The notes under the pieces are model-generated. The model saw only the letters and a list, made by a program, of their open reading frames with translations, was not told the origin of the DNA and made no database searches. From Candidatus Izemoplasmatales bacterium (GTDB lineage Bacteria > Bacillota_I > Bacilli_A > Izemoplasmatales > Hujiaoplasmataceae), in assembly GCA_041649275.1 (NCBI GenBank), contig JBAZNL010000003.1:34116-98115 (forward strand): a DNA stretch of 64,000 nt. The letters run 5' to 3'. Of the stretch, positions 56,025 through 64,000 are shown in pieces (within the stretch, counting starts at the first letter, position 1; every line of letters begins with the position of its first letter). The position numbers and the translations under genes are program-made.

Positions 56025-57821
56025 ATGGATAACACGACAATCAAGGAAAACAAGGGCGTCATCGTCAAGGTCTCCGGACCGCTGATCGTCGCCGACAACC
56101 TGCCCGACGTCCAGATGTACGACGTCGTCCGCGTCAGCGAGAAGAAGCTGATCGGCGAGGTCATCGAACTGCGCGGCGGGCGTGCCTCGATCCAGGTGTA
56201 CGAGGAGACCGCCGGCATCGGTCCGGGCGAACCGGTCTATCCCACCGGCGAACCGCTTTCCGTCGAACTGGCCCCCGGTCTCATCGAGGGCATCTTCGAC
56301 GGGATCCAGCGTCCGCTCGACGACATCTACGACATCGCCGGCGACCGCATCCCGCTCGGCATCGACGTCCCGAAACTCGACCGCAAGAAGCTCTGGGAAT
56401 TCGTCCCCGTCGCCAAGAAGGGCGATTCCCTGACTCCGGGCGACGTCCTCGGAACGGTTCGCGAGACCGCCGCCGTCAGCCACAAGGTCATGGTCCCGCC
56501 GGGCGTCTCCGGCGTCCTCAGGTCGATCCACGCCGGACCCGCGACGATCGTCGATCCGATCGCCGTCCTTGCGCATCCGGACGGAACGGAGAAACAGGTG
56601 ACGATGCTGCAGAAGTGGCCCGTGCGCCGTTCCCGTCCCTATCGGACGAAGTTCGCGCCGAGCGCGCCGATGGTCACCGGCCAGCGCGTCATCGACACCC
56701 TCTTCCCGATTGCCATCGGCGGCATCGCCGCGATCCCGGGACCGTTCGGTTCCGGCAAGACGGTGGTCCAGCACCAGCTCGCCAAGTGGGCGGATGCGGA
56801 CATCATCGTCTACGTCGGCTGCGGCGAGCGCGGCAACGAGATGACGGACGTCCTCCTCGAATTCCCCGAACTGCACGACCCGAAGACGGGCGAGTCGCTG
56901 ATGAAGCGCACCGTCCTGATCGCGAACACCTCGAACATGCCGGTCGCCGCCCGCGAAGCCTCGATCTACACCGGCATCACGATCGCCGAATACTTCCGCG
57001 ACATGGGCTACCGCGTCGCGATCATGGCCGACTCGACCTCGCGCTGGGCGGAAGCGCTCCGCGAGATGTCGGGACGTCTCGAGGAGATGCCCGGCGAGGA
57101 AGGCTATCCCGCCTACCTCTCGAGCCGCATCGCCGAGTTCTACGAGCGCGCCGGCATCGTCCAGTGCCTCGGAAGCGAGGGCCGCGTCGGCGCGATCACC
57201 GCGATCGGCGCCGTCTCGCCGCCCGGCGGCGACACCTCCGAGCCGGTCTCGCAGGGCACCCTCCGCATCGTCAAGGTCTTCTGGGGGCTTTCCGCCCAGC
57301 TCGCCTACCGCCGTCACTTCCCGGCGATCGACTGGCTCAAGTCGTACTCGCTCTATTCCGACACGCTCGACGCCCATTTCGATTCGAAGGTGAAGAAGGG
57401 CTGGAGCGCGCAGGTGCACGAGGTGCGCCGCATCCTCCAGGACGAGGCCAAGCTCTCCGAGATCGTCCGCCTCGTCGGCGTCGACTCGCTCGAGTTCGCC
57501 GACCGGCTGACGCTCGAGTGCGCCCGATCGATCCGCGAGGACTACCTCCACCAGATCGCCTTCCACGAAGTCGACACCTACACCTCCCTGAACAAACAGT
57601 ACGGGATGCTCAAGGCGATCCTCGGCTGGTACCATCTGGCCCAAGAGGGAATCCGTTCGAACGTCGCCTACGCGAAGCTCACGTCGATGGACGTCCTGAA
57701 CCGCATCGGTCGCATGAAGTACCTCACCGAGGACCACTTCGAAGCGGAATCCGCCTCGATCATGGCCGCGCTCGAGGCCGAATACCAGAACCTTCTGAAG
57801 GGGGACGACGCCGATGCCTAA
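56025..57821 (+). CDS. ntpA: V/A-type ATPase catalytic subunit A
   Basis: 598 aa. The Walker A motif GPFGSGKT is present. The non-homologous insert region follows the N-terminal beta-barrel. The stop overlaps the B-subunit start. Confidence 0.9.
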   Translation: MDNTTIKENKGVIVKVSGPLIVADNLPDVQMYDVVRVSEKKLIGEVIELRGGRASIQVYEETAGIGPGEPVYPTGEPLSVELAPGLIEGIFDGIQRPLDDIYDIAGDRIPLGIDVPKLDRKKLWEFVPVAKKGDSLTPGDVLGTVRETAAVSHKVMVPPGVSGVLRSIHAGPATIVDPIAVLAHPDGTEKQVTMLQKWPVRRSRPYRTKFAPSAPMVTGQRVIDTLFPIAIGGIAAIPGPFGSGKTVVQHQLAKWADADIIVYVGCGERGNEMTDVLLEFPELHDPKTGESLMKRTVLIANTSNMPVAAREASIYTGITIAEYFRDMGYRVAIMADSTSRWAEALREMSGRLEEMPGEEGYPAYLSSRIAEFYERAGIVQCLGSEGRVGAITAIGAVSPPGGDTSEPVSQGTLRIVKVFWGLSAQLAYRRHFPAIDWLKSYSLYSDTLDAHFDSKVKKGWSAQVHEVRRILQDEAKLSEIVRLVGVDSLEFADRLTLECARSIREDYLHQIAFHEVDTYTSLNKQYGMLKAILGWYHLAQEGIRSNVAYAKLTSMDVLNRIGRMKYLTEDHFEAESASIMAALEAEYQNLLKGDDADA

Positions 57822-59190
57822 GGAATACAAGACCATCCGCGAGGTCGTCGGCCCGCTGATGCTCGTCGACAAGGTCGAGGGCGTCAAGTACGACGAACTC
57901 GTCCGCATCCGCCAGGCTTCCGGCGAGGAGCGCGTCGGCAAGGTCCTCGAGGTCGACGGCGACCGCGCCCTCGTGCAGCTCTTCGATTCCTCCCAGGGAC
58001 TGCGCATCTCCGACGCCAAGGCCTCGTTCCTCGGCCACGGGATCGAGATCAAGCTCTCCCCCGAGATCCTCGGCCGCGTCTTCGACGGCATGGGCCGCCC
58101 GCAGGACGGCGCCGGCGAGATCATCCCGACCAAGGTGATGGACATCAACGGCACGCCGCTCAACCCCGTCGCCCGCGACTATCCGCTCGAGTTCATCCAG
58201 ACCGGCGTGTCCGCGATCGACGGCCTCAACACCCTCGTCCGCGGCCAGAAGCTGCCGATCTTCTCCGGCAACGGCCTGCCGCATGCGAAGCTCGCCGCCC
58301 AGATCGCCCGCCAGGCGAAGGTCCGGAACAGCGACGAGAAGTTCGCCGTCGTCTTCGCCGCCGTCGGGATCACCTTCGAGGAGGCCGACTACTTCGTCAC
58401 CGACTTCAAGCGTTCCGGCGCGATCGAGCGCTCGGTGCTGTTCACGAACCTCGCGAACGACCCGGCGATCGAGCGCATCGCGACCCCGCGCATGGCGATC
58501 ACGGCCGCCGAATACCTCGCCTATGAACTCGGCATGCACGTCCTCGTCATCATCACCGACATCACCAACTACGCCGAGGCGCTCCGCGAAGTCTCCGCCG
58601 CCCGCAAGGAAGTTCCCGGCCGCCGCGGCTATCCCGGCTACATGTACACCGACCTCGCCTCGCTCTATGAGCGTGCCGGCCGCATCAAGGGCAAGAAGGG
58701 CTCGATCACCCAGATCCCGATCCTGACGATGCCCGAGGACGACAAGACCCACCCGATCCCGGACCTCACCGGCTACATCACCGAGGGCCAGATCATCCTC
58801 TCTCGCGAACTCAACTTCAAGGGCGTCACCCCGCCCGTCGACGTCCTCCCGTCGCTCTCGCGACTGAAGGACAAGGGCATCGGGAAGGGCCGCACCCGCG
58901 AGGACCACTCGGCGACGATGAACCAGCTGTTCGCCGCCTACGCTCGCGGCAAGGAAGCCAAGGAGCTCTCCACGATCCTCGGCGAGGCCGCCCTCTCCGA
59001 CGTCGACAAGCTCTACTCGCGCTTCGCCACCGAATTCGAGAACCGCTACATCTCCCAGGGCTTCGAAACCGACCGCACGATCGAGGAGACGCTCGACCTC
59101 GGCTGGCAGCTGCTCACGATCCTCCCCAAGACCGAACTGAAGCGCATCTCGCTCGAGATGATCGAGAAGTACTGGCCGAAGGCGAGGTGA
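57814..59190 (+). CDS. ntpB: V/A-type ATPase subunit B
   Basis: 458 aa. The degenerate non-catalytic P-loop region ([10 protein letters not shown]) is present. It is strongly conserved in the B-family. Confidence 0.9.
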   Translation: MPKEYKTIREVVGPLMLVDKVEGVKYDELVRIRQASGEERVGKVLEVDGDRALVQLFDSSQGLRISDAKASFLGHGIEIKLSPEILGRVFDGMGRPQDGAGEIIPTKVMDINGTPLNPVARDYPLEFIQTGVSAIDGLNTLVRGQKLPIFSGNGLPHAKLAAQIARQAKVRNSDEKFAVVFAAVGITFEEADYFVTDFKRSGAIERSVLFTNLANDPAIERIATPRMAITAAEYLAYELGMHVLVIITDITNYAEALREVSAARKEVPGRRGYPGYMYTDLASLYERAGRIKGKKGSITQIPILTMPEDDKTHPIPDLTGYITEGQIILSRELNFKGVTPPVDVLPSLSRLKDKGIGKGRTREDHSATMNQLFAAYARGKEAKELSTILGEAALSDVDKLYSRFATEFENRYISQGFETDRTIEETLDLGWQLLTILPKTELKRISLEMIEKYWPKAR

Positions 59191-59840
59191 CCGCGATGAT
59201 GAACGTGAATCCGACCCGGATGGAGCTCACGCGGCTGAAGAGGCTGCTTTCGACCGCCCGGAGGGGACACAAGCTCCTCAAGGACAAGCAGGACGAGATG
59301 ATCCGTCGGTTCATGGACATGATCCGAAGGAACCGCGCCCTCCGCATCGAGGCCGAGGAGGCGCTCGCGCTCCTCTCCCGCGGGTTCGACGAAGCGAAGA
59401 TCAAGATGAGCCGGCAGGGCGTCCTCGAGGCGCTGATGGTGCCGGCGCAGGCCGCGCTCGTCGAAGTCGGCGAGAAGAACGTGATGAACGTCCGGATCCC
59501 CGTCGTCCACGCCGTCGACCAGGGTCCCGTCGATCTCACCTACGGCTTCGCCTTCACCCCCGCCCTGCTCGACAAGACGGTCCTCGACCTCGCGGCGCTC
59601 GCGCCGAAGCTCGTCGAGCTCGCCGGCCTCGAGAAGGCCTGCGACATGCTCTCGGACGAGATCGAGAAGACGCGCCGACGCGTCAACGCGATCGAGTTCA
59701 TCATGATTCCGGATTACGTGGAGACGATCCACTACATCCAGATGAAGCTCGACGACTACGAGCGCTCGAACATCGTGCGGATCATGAAGTCGAAGGAGAT
59801 CATCCTGAACAAGGCCCAGAACAAGACCCAGTATCAATGA
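59187..59840 (+). CDS. ntpD: V/A-type ATPase subunit D (central stalk)
   Basis: 217 aa. It begins [14 protein letters not shown]..., the signature start of subunit D. It overlaps the end of the B subunit. Confidence 0.85.
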   Translation: MTAMMNVNPTRMELTRLKRLLSTARRGHKLLKDKQDEMIRRFMDMIRRNRALRIEAEEALALLSRGFDEAKIKMSRQGVLEALMVPAQAALVEVGEKNVMNVRIPVVHAVDQGPVDLTYGFAFTPALLDKTVLDLAALAPKLVELAGLEKACDMLSDEIEKTRRRVNAIEFIMIPDYVETIHYIQMKLDDYERSNIVRIMKSKEIILNKAQNKTQYQ

Positions 59841-59880
59841 AAAATCGCTTTTCCGGACACCCGGAAAAGCGATTTTTTTA
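59841..59880 (+). terminator. rho-independent terminator of the V-ATPase operon
   Basis: A 16-bp stem AAAATCGCTTTTCCGG pairs with CCGGAAAAGCGATTTT across loop acac and is followed by TTTTTTT. Confidence 0.8.
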
Positions 59881-59993
59881 CGATGGTTCGTTGTCCATTC
59901 ATCCTTCGATGGAGGAAGCTGCAAGGCGAACACGTCTTGTTTGATGATCCATGGGAAGTCATACAATCTATCGAAGTCAATTTCAAAGCATGA

Positions 59994-60089
59994 AACGAAG
60001 ATGTCTCAAAATATAAAACAAAAATGTCTCAAAATACAAAACGAAAGCGTCACAATATATAAAACAAAATGGTCATATTTTATAAAACG
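59994..60089. repeat. four tandem imperfect approximately 23-24-bp repeats (consensus RAAA-NNGTCWCAWAATAYAAAAC) upstream of the DUF4143 ATPase promoter
   Basis: Four units are found: aacgaagATGTCTCAAAATATAAAAC, aaaaATGTCTCAAAATACAAAAC, gaaaGCGTCACAATATATAAAAC and aaaaTGGTCATATTTTATAAAAC. They are followed by the extended -10 TGTTATAAT at 60113-60121. Confidence 0.6.
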
Positions 60090-60141
60090 AAGTGGACGTG
60101 GGAATCCTCGCGTGTTATAATCTTGAATGAAGGTGATCAGG

Positions 60142-61404
60142 ATGAGATATCGGAAAAGGGTGATGGACGCTCAGCTGGAATTCATGCTGTCGTCGTCGGG
60201 GGCGGTCCTGATCGAAGGACCGAAATGGTGCGGCAAGTCGACGACGGCAAGAATGCGGGCCGCAAGCGTCATCGAGATGGATGAACCGGGTAACATGGAG
60301 AATCTGGCGAACCTGGCCCGCGTCGCTCCGGCGTTGATCCTCGAAGGAGCGACGCCCAGACTGATCGACGAATGGCAAGCCGCACCCGTCCTTTGGGATG
60401 CGGTACGTCACGAGGTCGACCGACGTGGGGTCATGGCACAGTTCATCCTGACCGGATCCTCGACGCCGATGGACAAGAGCGCCATTTTTCATAGCGGGAC
60501 GGGGCGGATCACGAAACTGAAGATGCGGACCATGAGTCTGTATGAATCGGAGGATTCCGACGGCTTCGTGTCGCTTACCGCGATGTTCGGCGGCGAGGCC
60601 CCGAAATCGCATGTCGTACCCATGAATATTCACCGACTCGCATACCTCATCTGTCGCGGTGGCTGGCCGATGTCGCTCGATCTGGAACCCCGTGCCTCGC
60701 TCCAGCAGGCGAAGAATTATCTCAAGGCCGTCGTCGAATCGGACATGTCGGCAGCCGACGGCGTGCGAAAAGATCCCGTCAAGACGTATTCGCTGATTCG
60801 ATCCCTCGCTCGCAACGTATCGACGCGAACACCGCTTTCGACGCTGCTCGACGATCTTCAGGCCGGTGACGGTTCGATGTCGGCTCCGACAGCGACCAGT
60901 TATCTGAACGCGCTCAAAGCAATCCATCTTCTTGACGACCTCGATGCATGGAACCCGAATCTCCGCAGCAAGGCGGCCATTCGGACGAGTCCGACGCGTC
61001 ATTTCGTCGATCCTTCGATCGCCGTCGCCGCCCTCGGCATCGCGCCCGAGGAACTCGTCCGCGACCTGAAAACGATGGGGTTGGTCTTCGAATCGTTGGC
61101 GATTCGCGACCTGCGTGTCTACGCCGACGCGATCGGCGGGCAGGTTTTCCACTATCGGGATTCGAGTGATCTGGAATGCGATGCGATCGTCCGTCTCGAC
61201 AATGGGTCCTGGGGCGCATTCGAAATCAAACTTTCGGAGCATTTCGTCGAGGACGGGGCGAGGACGTTGCGCTCGCTCGCGGAACGGGTCGACACGGAAC
61301 GCATGGGTAACCCATCCTTCCTTGCCGTGTTGACCGGGGACGCATACAGTTATGTAAGGGATGACGGCATCTTCGTCGTCGGCATCGGTTCGCTGAAACC
61401 ATAA
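60142..61404 (+). CDS. AAA-superfamily ATPase of the DUF4143 / COG1373 type
   Basis: The P-loop GPKWCGKST is near the N-terminus. An AAA_14-like domain and a C-terminal DUF4143-like region follow. ATG 60142 is preferred for its GGTGA RBS; ATG 60127 is an alternative. Confidence 0.7.
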   Translation: MRYRKRVMDAQLEFMLSSSGAVLIEGPKWCGKSTTARMRAASVIEMDEPGNMENLANLARVAPALILEGATPRLIDEWQAAPVLWDAVRHEVDRRGVMAQFILTGSSTPMDKSAIFHSGTGRITKLKMRTMSLYESEDSDGFVSLTAMFGGEAPKSHVVPMNIHRLAYLICRGGWPMSLDLEPRASLQQAKNYLKAVVESDMSAADGVRKDPVKTYSLIRSLARNVSTRTPLSTLLDDLQAGDGSMSAPTATSYLNALKAIHLLDDLDAWNPNLRSKAAIRTSPTRHFVDPSIAVAALGIAPEELVRDLKTMGLVFESLAIRDLRVYADAIGGQVFHYRDSSDLECDAIVRLDNGSWGAFEIKLSEHFVEDGARTLRSLAERVDTERMGNPSFLAVLTGDAYSYVRDDGIFVVGIGSLKP

Positions 61405-61457
61405 GGATCGATAAAAAATCCATGCGGCGTCCTTTCATCGGACGGGCATGGATTTTT

Positions 61458-62300
61458 TCAACTGCCGGCGCTCTCGTAGCGCGAGAGGCCCCGGTTCCAG
61501 AGGGCGAGGCCGGCGAGGATGAAGAGGATCGCGGTCACTGCCGCCTGCAGAAGCATCCCGCCCGGCGTCTTCCATAGGATCCAGTCGAGGCCGCCGGAAA
61601 GGACGCCGGCGTCTGCCATCTTCGAGAGCAGGAAGACCGAGGGGAAGTACGAGGTGAAGCCGAACGGAAGCAGGTAGACGAGGACGAAGCGGATTCCCTT
61701 CGGATAGATCTCGATCGGGTTCTTCGTGAAGATCGCGACCTCGTAGGCGGCCGACTGGACGGCCTGCGAGTCCATCGTCCAGAAGGCGACGGAAGCGGTC
61801 AAAAGCTTGATCCCGGTGTAAGTTGCGGCGCCGGCGGCGACGAAGCCGATCAGGAGGACGACGTCGACGAAGGAGAGGACGACCCCGAGCTTCGGGAGCG
61901 CGTAGCCGAGGAGCAGGAAGCCGACGATCAGCTCGCCGAGCGCCTCGAGCTGGAAGCGCTCGATGATCAGGTGGCGGAGGACCGACATCGGCCGGACGAG
62001 GTACTTGTCGAAGAGGCCCTGGCGGATGTAGAAGCCGACGAGCCAGAGGTTGTCGGTGAGGAGGTGGTCGAAGCCGCGCGGGATCTGGAACATGGCGTAG
62101 ATCACGAGCAGCTCGTAGTAGGTCCAGGAGGCGATCCCGGTCGCCTTCACGAGGACGTCGAGGAAGATGATCCCGGCGGCCTGCTGGACGGCGAAGGAGA
62201 GGATCCCGATGGCGAAGTCGGCGCGGTACGCGAGCATCATCTTGAGATGCTGCGCGACGAACTTGAAGTACAGGCGGATTCTACGCTTCATGTCAGCCAC
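61458..62300 (-). CDS. ABC-2-family transporter permease
   Basis: 280 aa with 6 TM helices. Its start overlaps the stop of the upstream permease. Confidence 0.7.
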   Translation of the reverse strand: MADMKRRIRLYFKFVAQHLKMMLAYRADFAIGILSFAVQQAAGIIFLDVLVKATGIASWTYYELLVIYAMFQIPRGFDHLLTDNLWLVGFYIRQGLFDKYLVRPMSVLRHLIIERFQLEALGELIVGFLLLGYALPKLGVVLSFVDVVLLIGFVAAGAATYTGIKLLTASVAFWTMDSQAVQSAAYEVAIFTKNPIEIYPKGIRFVLVYLLPFGFTSYFPSVFLLSKMADAGVLSGGLDWILWKTPGGMLLQAAVTAILFILAGLALWNRGLSRYESAGS

Positions 62301-63153
62301 CCTGCACGACGACGCGGCGGACCGCGCCCTTCCAGGCGAGCGTCGTCGCCAGAAACATCACGAGCACCCAGATTCCCTGCACGGCGAGGGTCCATAGCGC
62401 CGCCGGGAGGTCGCCGTTGTACTGGCCGAGGAAGAAGGTGACGGGGACGTAGCGCGTCTGCGCGAACGGCATGAAGTCGGAGATCCCGCGGAGCCACGCG
62501 GGGAAGAGGGAGATGGGGATCAGGCTGCCGGCGAGCAGGCGCTCGACGGCGCCCTTGAGCTGCCACATCCCGAACGAGTTCAGGGTGAAGAAGATGAGCA
62601 TTCCGAAGAGGAAGCTCGTGAGGAAGTAGATGACCCCGCCCATCAGGATCGAGACGATCCCGAGCAGGATCGAGGGCACATCGGCGACGAAGGGGAGGTC
62701 GACGAAGCCACTCGTGACGATCATCCCGATGGCGAACGCGGAGGAAAAGATGATCGCCGAGACGGCCGCGTAGCCGAGCGACTGGGCGAAGAGCTGGGCG
62801 CGGTAGTCGATCGGCTTGATCAGCCTTAGGGCGATGTTTCCGCCGTGGATGTCGTCGTCGATGAAGTTCTCGGCGGCGAGGGCGGTGAGCGAGCCGACGA
62901 TCTTCTCGAGGAAGACGTAGAGGATCATCATCGTGAAGCCGAAGCCGCCGATCATGACGGTCTCGAAGGCGGTCCCCTCGGCGGCGGCGCGGGCCTCGTA
63001 GACGCCCTTCCAGAGGAAGTAGGCGATGACGATGTAGAGGAATTCGAAGAGCAGCCAGAAGACGAAGCGGAAGCGGTACTGGACGGCCCCGAGCATCACG
63101 CTCCGCGTGAACGGAAGATACCTCCGGAGGAGGGAGCCGAAACGCCTTCTCAT
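62293..63153 (-). CDS. ABC-2-family transporter permease
   Basis: 286 aa from ATG at 63153 (MRRRFGSLLRRYLPF...). It overlaps the ATPase stop in an ATGA arrangement. The track's longer ORF is a read-through into the ATPase gene in another frame. Confidence 0.7.
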   Translation of the reverse strand: MRRRFGSLLRRYLPFTRSVMLGAVQYRFRFVFWLLFEFLYIVIAYFLWKGVYEARAAAEGTAFETVMIGGFGFTMMILYVFLEKIVGSLTALAAENFIDDDIHGGNIALRLIKPIDYRAQLFAQSLGYAAVSAIIFSSAFAIGMIVTSGFVDLPFVADVPSILLGIVSILMGGVIYFLTSFLFGMLIFFTLNSFGMWQLKGAVERLLAGSLIPISLFPAWLRGISDFMPFAQTRYVPVTFFLGQYNGDLPAALWTLAVQGIWVLVMFLATTLAWKGAVRRVVVQGG

Positions 63154-64000
63154 GCGACCACTTCGCCCTTCTCGTAGATGTTGGCGACGAGCGTCTCGAT
63201 CGGCGGTTCGGAGACCGACATGTCGAGGACCTTGTATCTTTGCATCACGAAGCCGGTGATCTCGGAGACGTTCAGGAGGTGCTTGTTGAAGCGGATCTTG
63301 AGGGTCTTGAAGTCGGCCTCGGCGGAGAGGTTCTCGGCGGAAAGGCCGAACGGCGCGAGGTCGGGGAGCTCGACCGCCTCGGCGCATTCGAATTTGACCG
63401 TCTTCATATAGCCGTAGATGTCCTTGATCTCGTCGAGCGAACCCTCGTACATGATCTTGCCCTTGTCGATCATGATGATCCGGCTGCAGAGTTCCTCGAT
63501 GTCGTCGAGGTCGTGCGTCGTCAGGATGACCGTGGTATGGAAGGTCCTGTTCATGTGTCGGATGGCGTCGCGCATCTTCTGCTTGGCGACGACGTCGAGG
63601 CCGATCGTCGGTTCGTCGAGGAAGAGGATCTTGGGGTGGTGGAGGAGCGCGGCGGCGATGTCGGCGCGCATCCGCTGTCCGAGCGAGAGCGTGCGGACCG
63701 GCGACTTGATGAAGGCGTTGATCTCGAGGATGTCGTTGAAGAACGCCATCCGCTCCTTGAAGTCGGCGTCGGAGACGTTGTAGATCTCCTTCAGGATCGT
63801 GAAGCTTTCGTTGAGCGGGAGGTCCCACCAGAGCTGGGTGCGCTGACCGAAGACGACGCCGATGTTGAAGGCGTTCCTGATCCGTTCCTTGTAGGGGACG
63901 ACGCCGTCGACGACGACCGACCCGGAGGTCGGCGTGAGGATCCCGGCGAGCATCTTGATGGTCGTCGACTTGCCGGCGCCGTTCGGGCCGATGTAGCCGA
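63150..64000 (-). CDS. ABC transporter ATP-binding protein; the 5' end is cut off by the window edge
   Basis: The Walker A motif GPNGAGKST is encoded at 63953-64000. The ABC signature LSLGQRMR and Walker B ILFLDEP are present. The gene continues beyond position 64000. Confidence 0.85.
   Translation of the reverse strand, partial: GYIGPNGAGKSTTIKMLAGILTPTSGSVVVDGVVPYKERIRNAFNIGVVFGQRTQLWWDLPLNESFTILKEIYNVSDADFKERMAFFNDILEINAFIKSPVRTLSLGQRMRADIAAALLHHPKILFLDEPTIGLDVVAKQKMRDAIRHMNRTFHTTVILTTHDLDDIEELCSRIIMIDKGKIMYEGSLDEIKDIYGYMKTVKFECAEAVELPDLAPFGLSAENLSAEADFKTLKIRFNKHLLNVSEITGFVMQRYKVLDMSVSEPPIETLVANIYEKGEVVA

Overview
This 64 kb window has a high-GC backbone (about 65% GC by eye), very probably from an anaerobic Bacillota-type bacterium; that attribution rests on extended -10 promoters, strong GGAGG ribosome-binding sites, a [FeFe]-hydrogenase, a V-type ATPase and a YuaF/FloT-like flotillin pair. 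Two low-GC (about 40%) islets interrupt it, each directly downstream of a tRNA gene.

Backbone content, in order:
- Start of window: C-terminal end of an HD-GYP-like gene, a CBS-domain protein, a lipoprotein and a DUF819 membrane protein.
- A divergently transcribed DNA glycosylase and purine nucleoside phosphorylase.
- A promoter-led hydC-hydB-hydA trimeric [FeFe]-hydrogenase operon with a leader hairpin, followed by a Cys-rich hypothetical protein.
- A translationally coupled GtrA / FAD-oxidoreductase / large polytopic membrane protein operon.
- tRNA-Leu(GAG), then a 7.4 kb low-GC islet: two N-terminal-HTH AraC paralogs, a BlaI-family repressor fused to an unknown domain with its own palindromic operator, an S41 peptidase lipoprotein, a GNAT acetyltransferase and a PD40 beta-propeller lipoprotein.
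- Back on backbone: an XRE-HTH membrane regulator, several lipoproteins, a PAS-GGDEF cyclase, a nucleotidyltransferase pair, a NfeD-flotillin pair, an aldo-keto reductase and an HD hydrolase.
- tRNA-Ala(GGC), then a 3.8 kb low-GC islet carrying an AAA+ ATPase (with a C-terminal HTH) translationally coupled to an intracellular multi-domain S8 subtilase. This resembles the ATPase-plus-S8-protease antiphage pair that I recall as IetAS / Gao_Iet, with extra domains.
- An MFS transporter coupled to a PlsC-type acyltransferase, then DUF805, MATE, SDR and a large repeat-containing surface protein.
- ThpR, tRNA-Gln(CTG) and an SPL-type radical SAM protein.
- A MocR-type regulator, then a complete nine-gene V/A-type ATPase operon.
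- A DUF4143 AAA ATPase preceded by four tandem 23-bp repeats.
- Start of a convergent ABC-2 exporter, truncated at the window end.

No CRISPR array, integrase, transposase or rRNA was found. Most of the long minus-strand ORFs in the track are high-GC antisense artefacts. All coordinates of non-coding elements were counted by hand and may be off by 1-2 nt.
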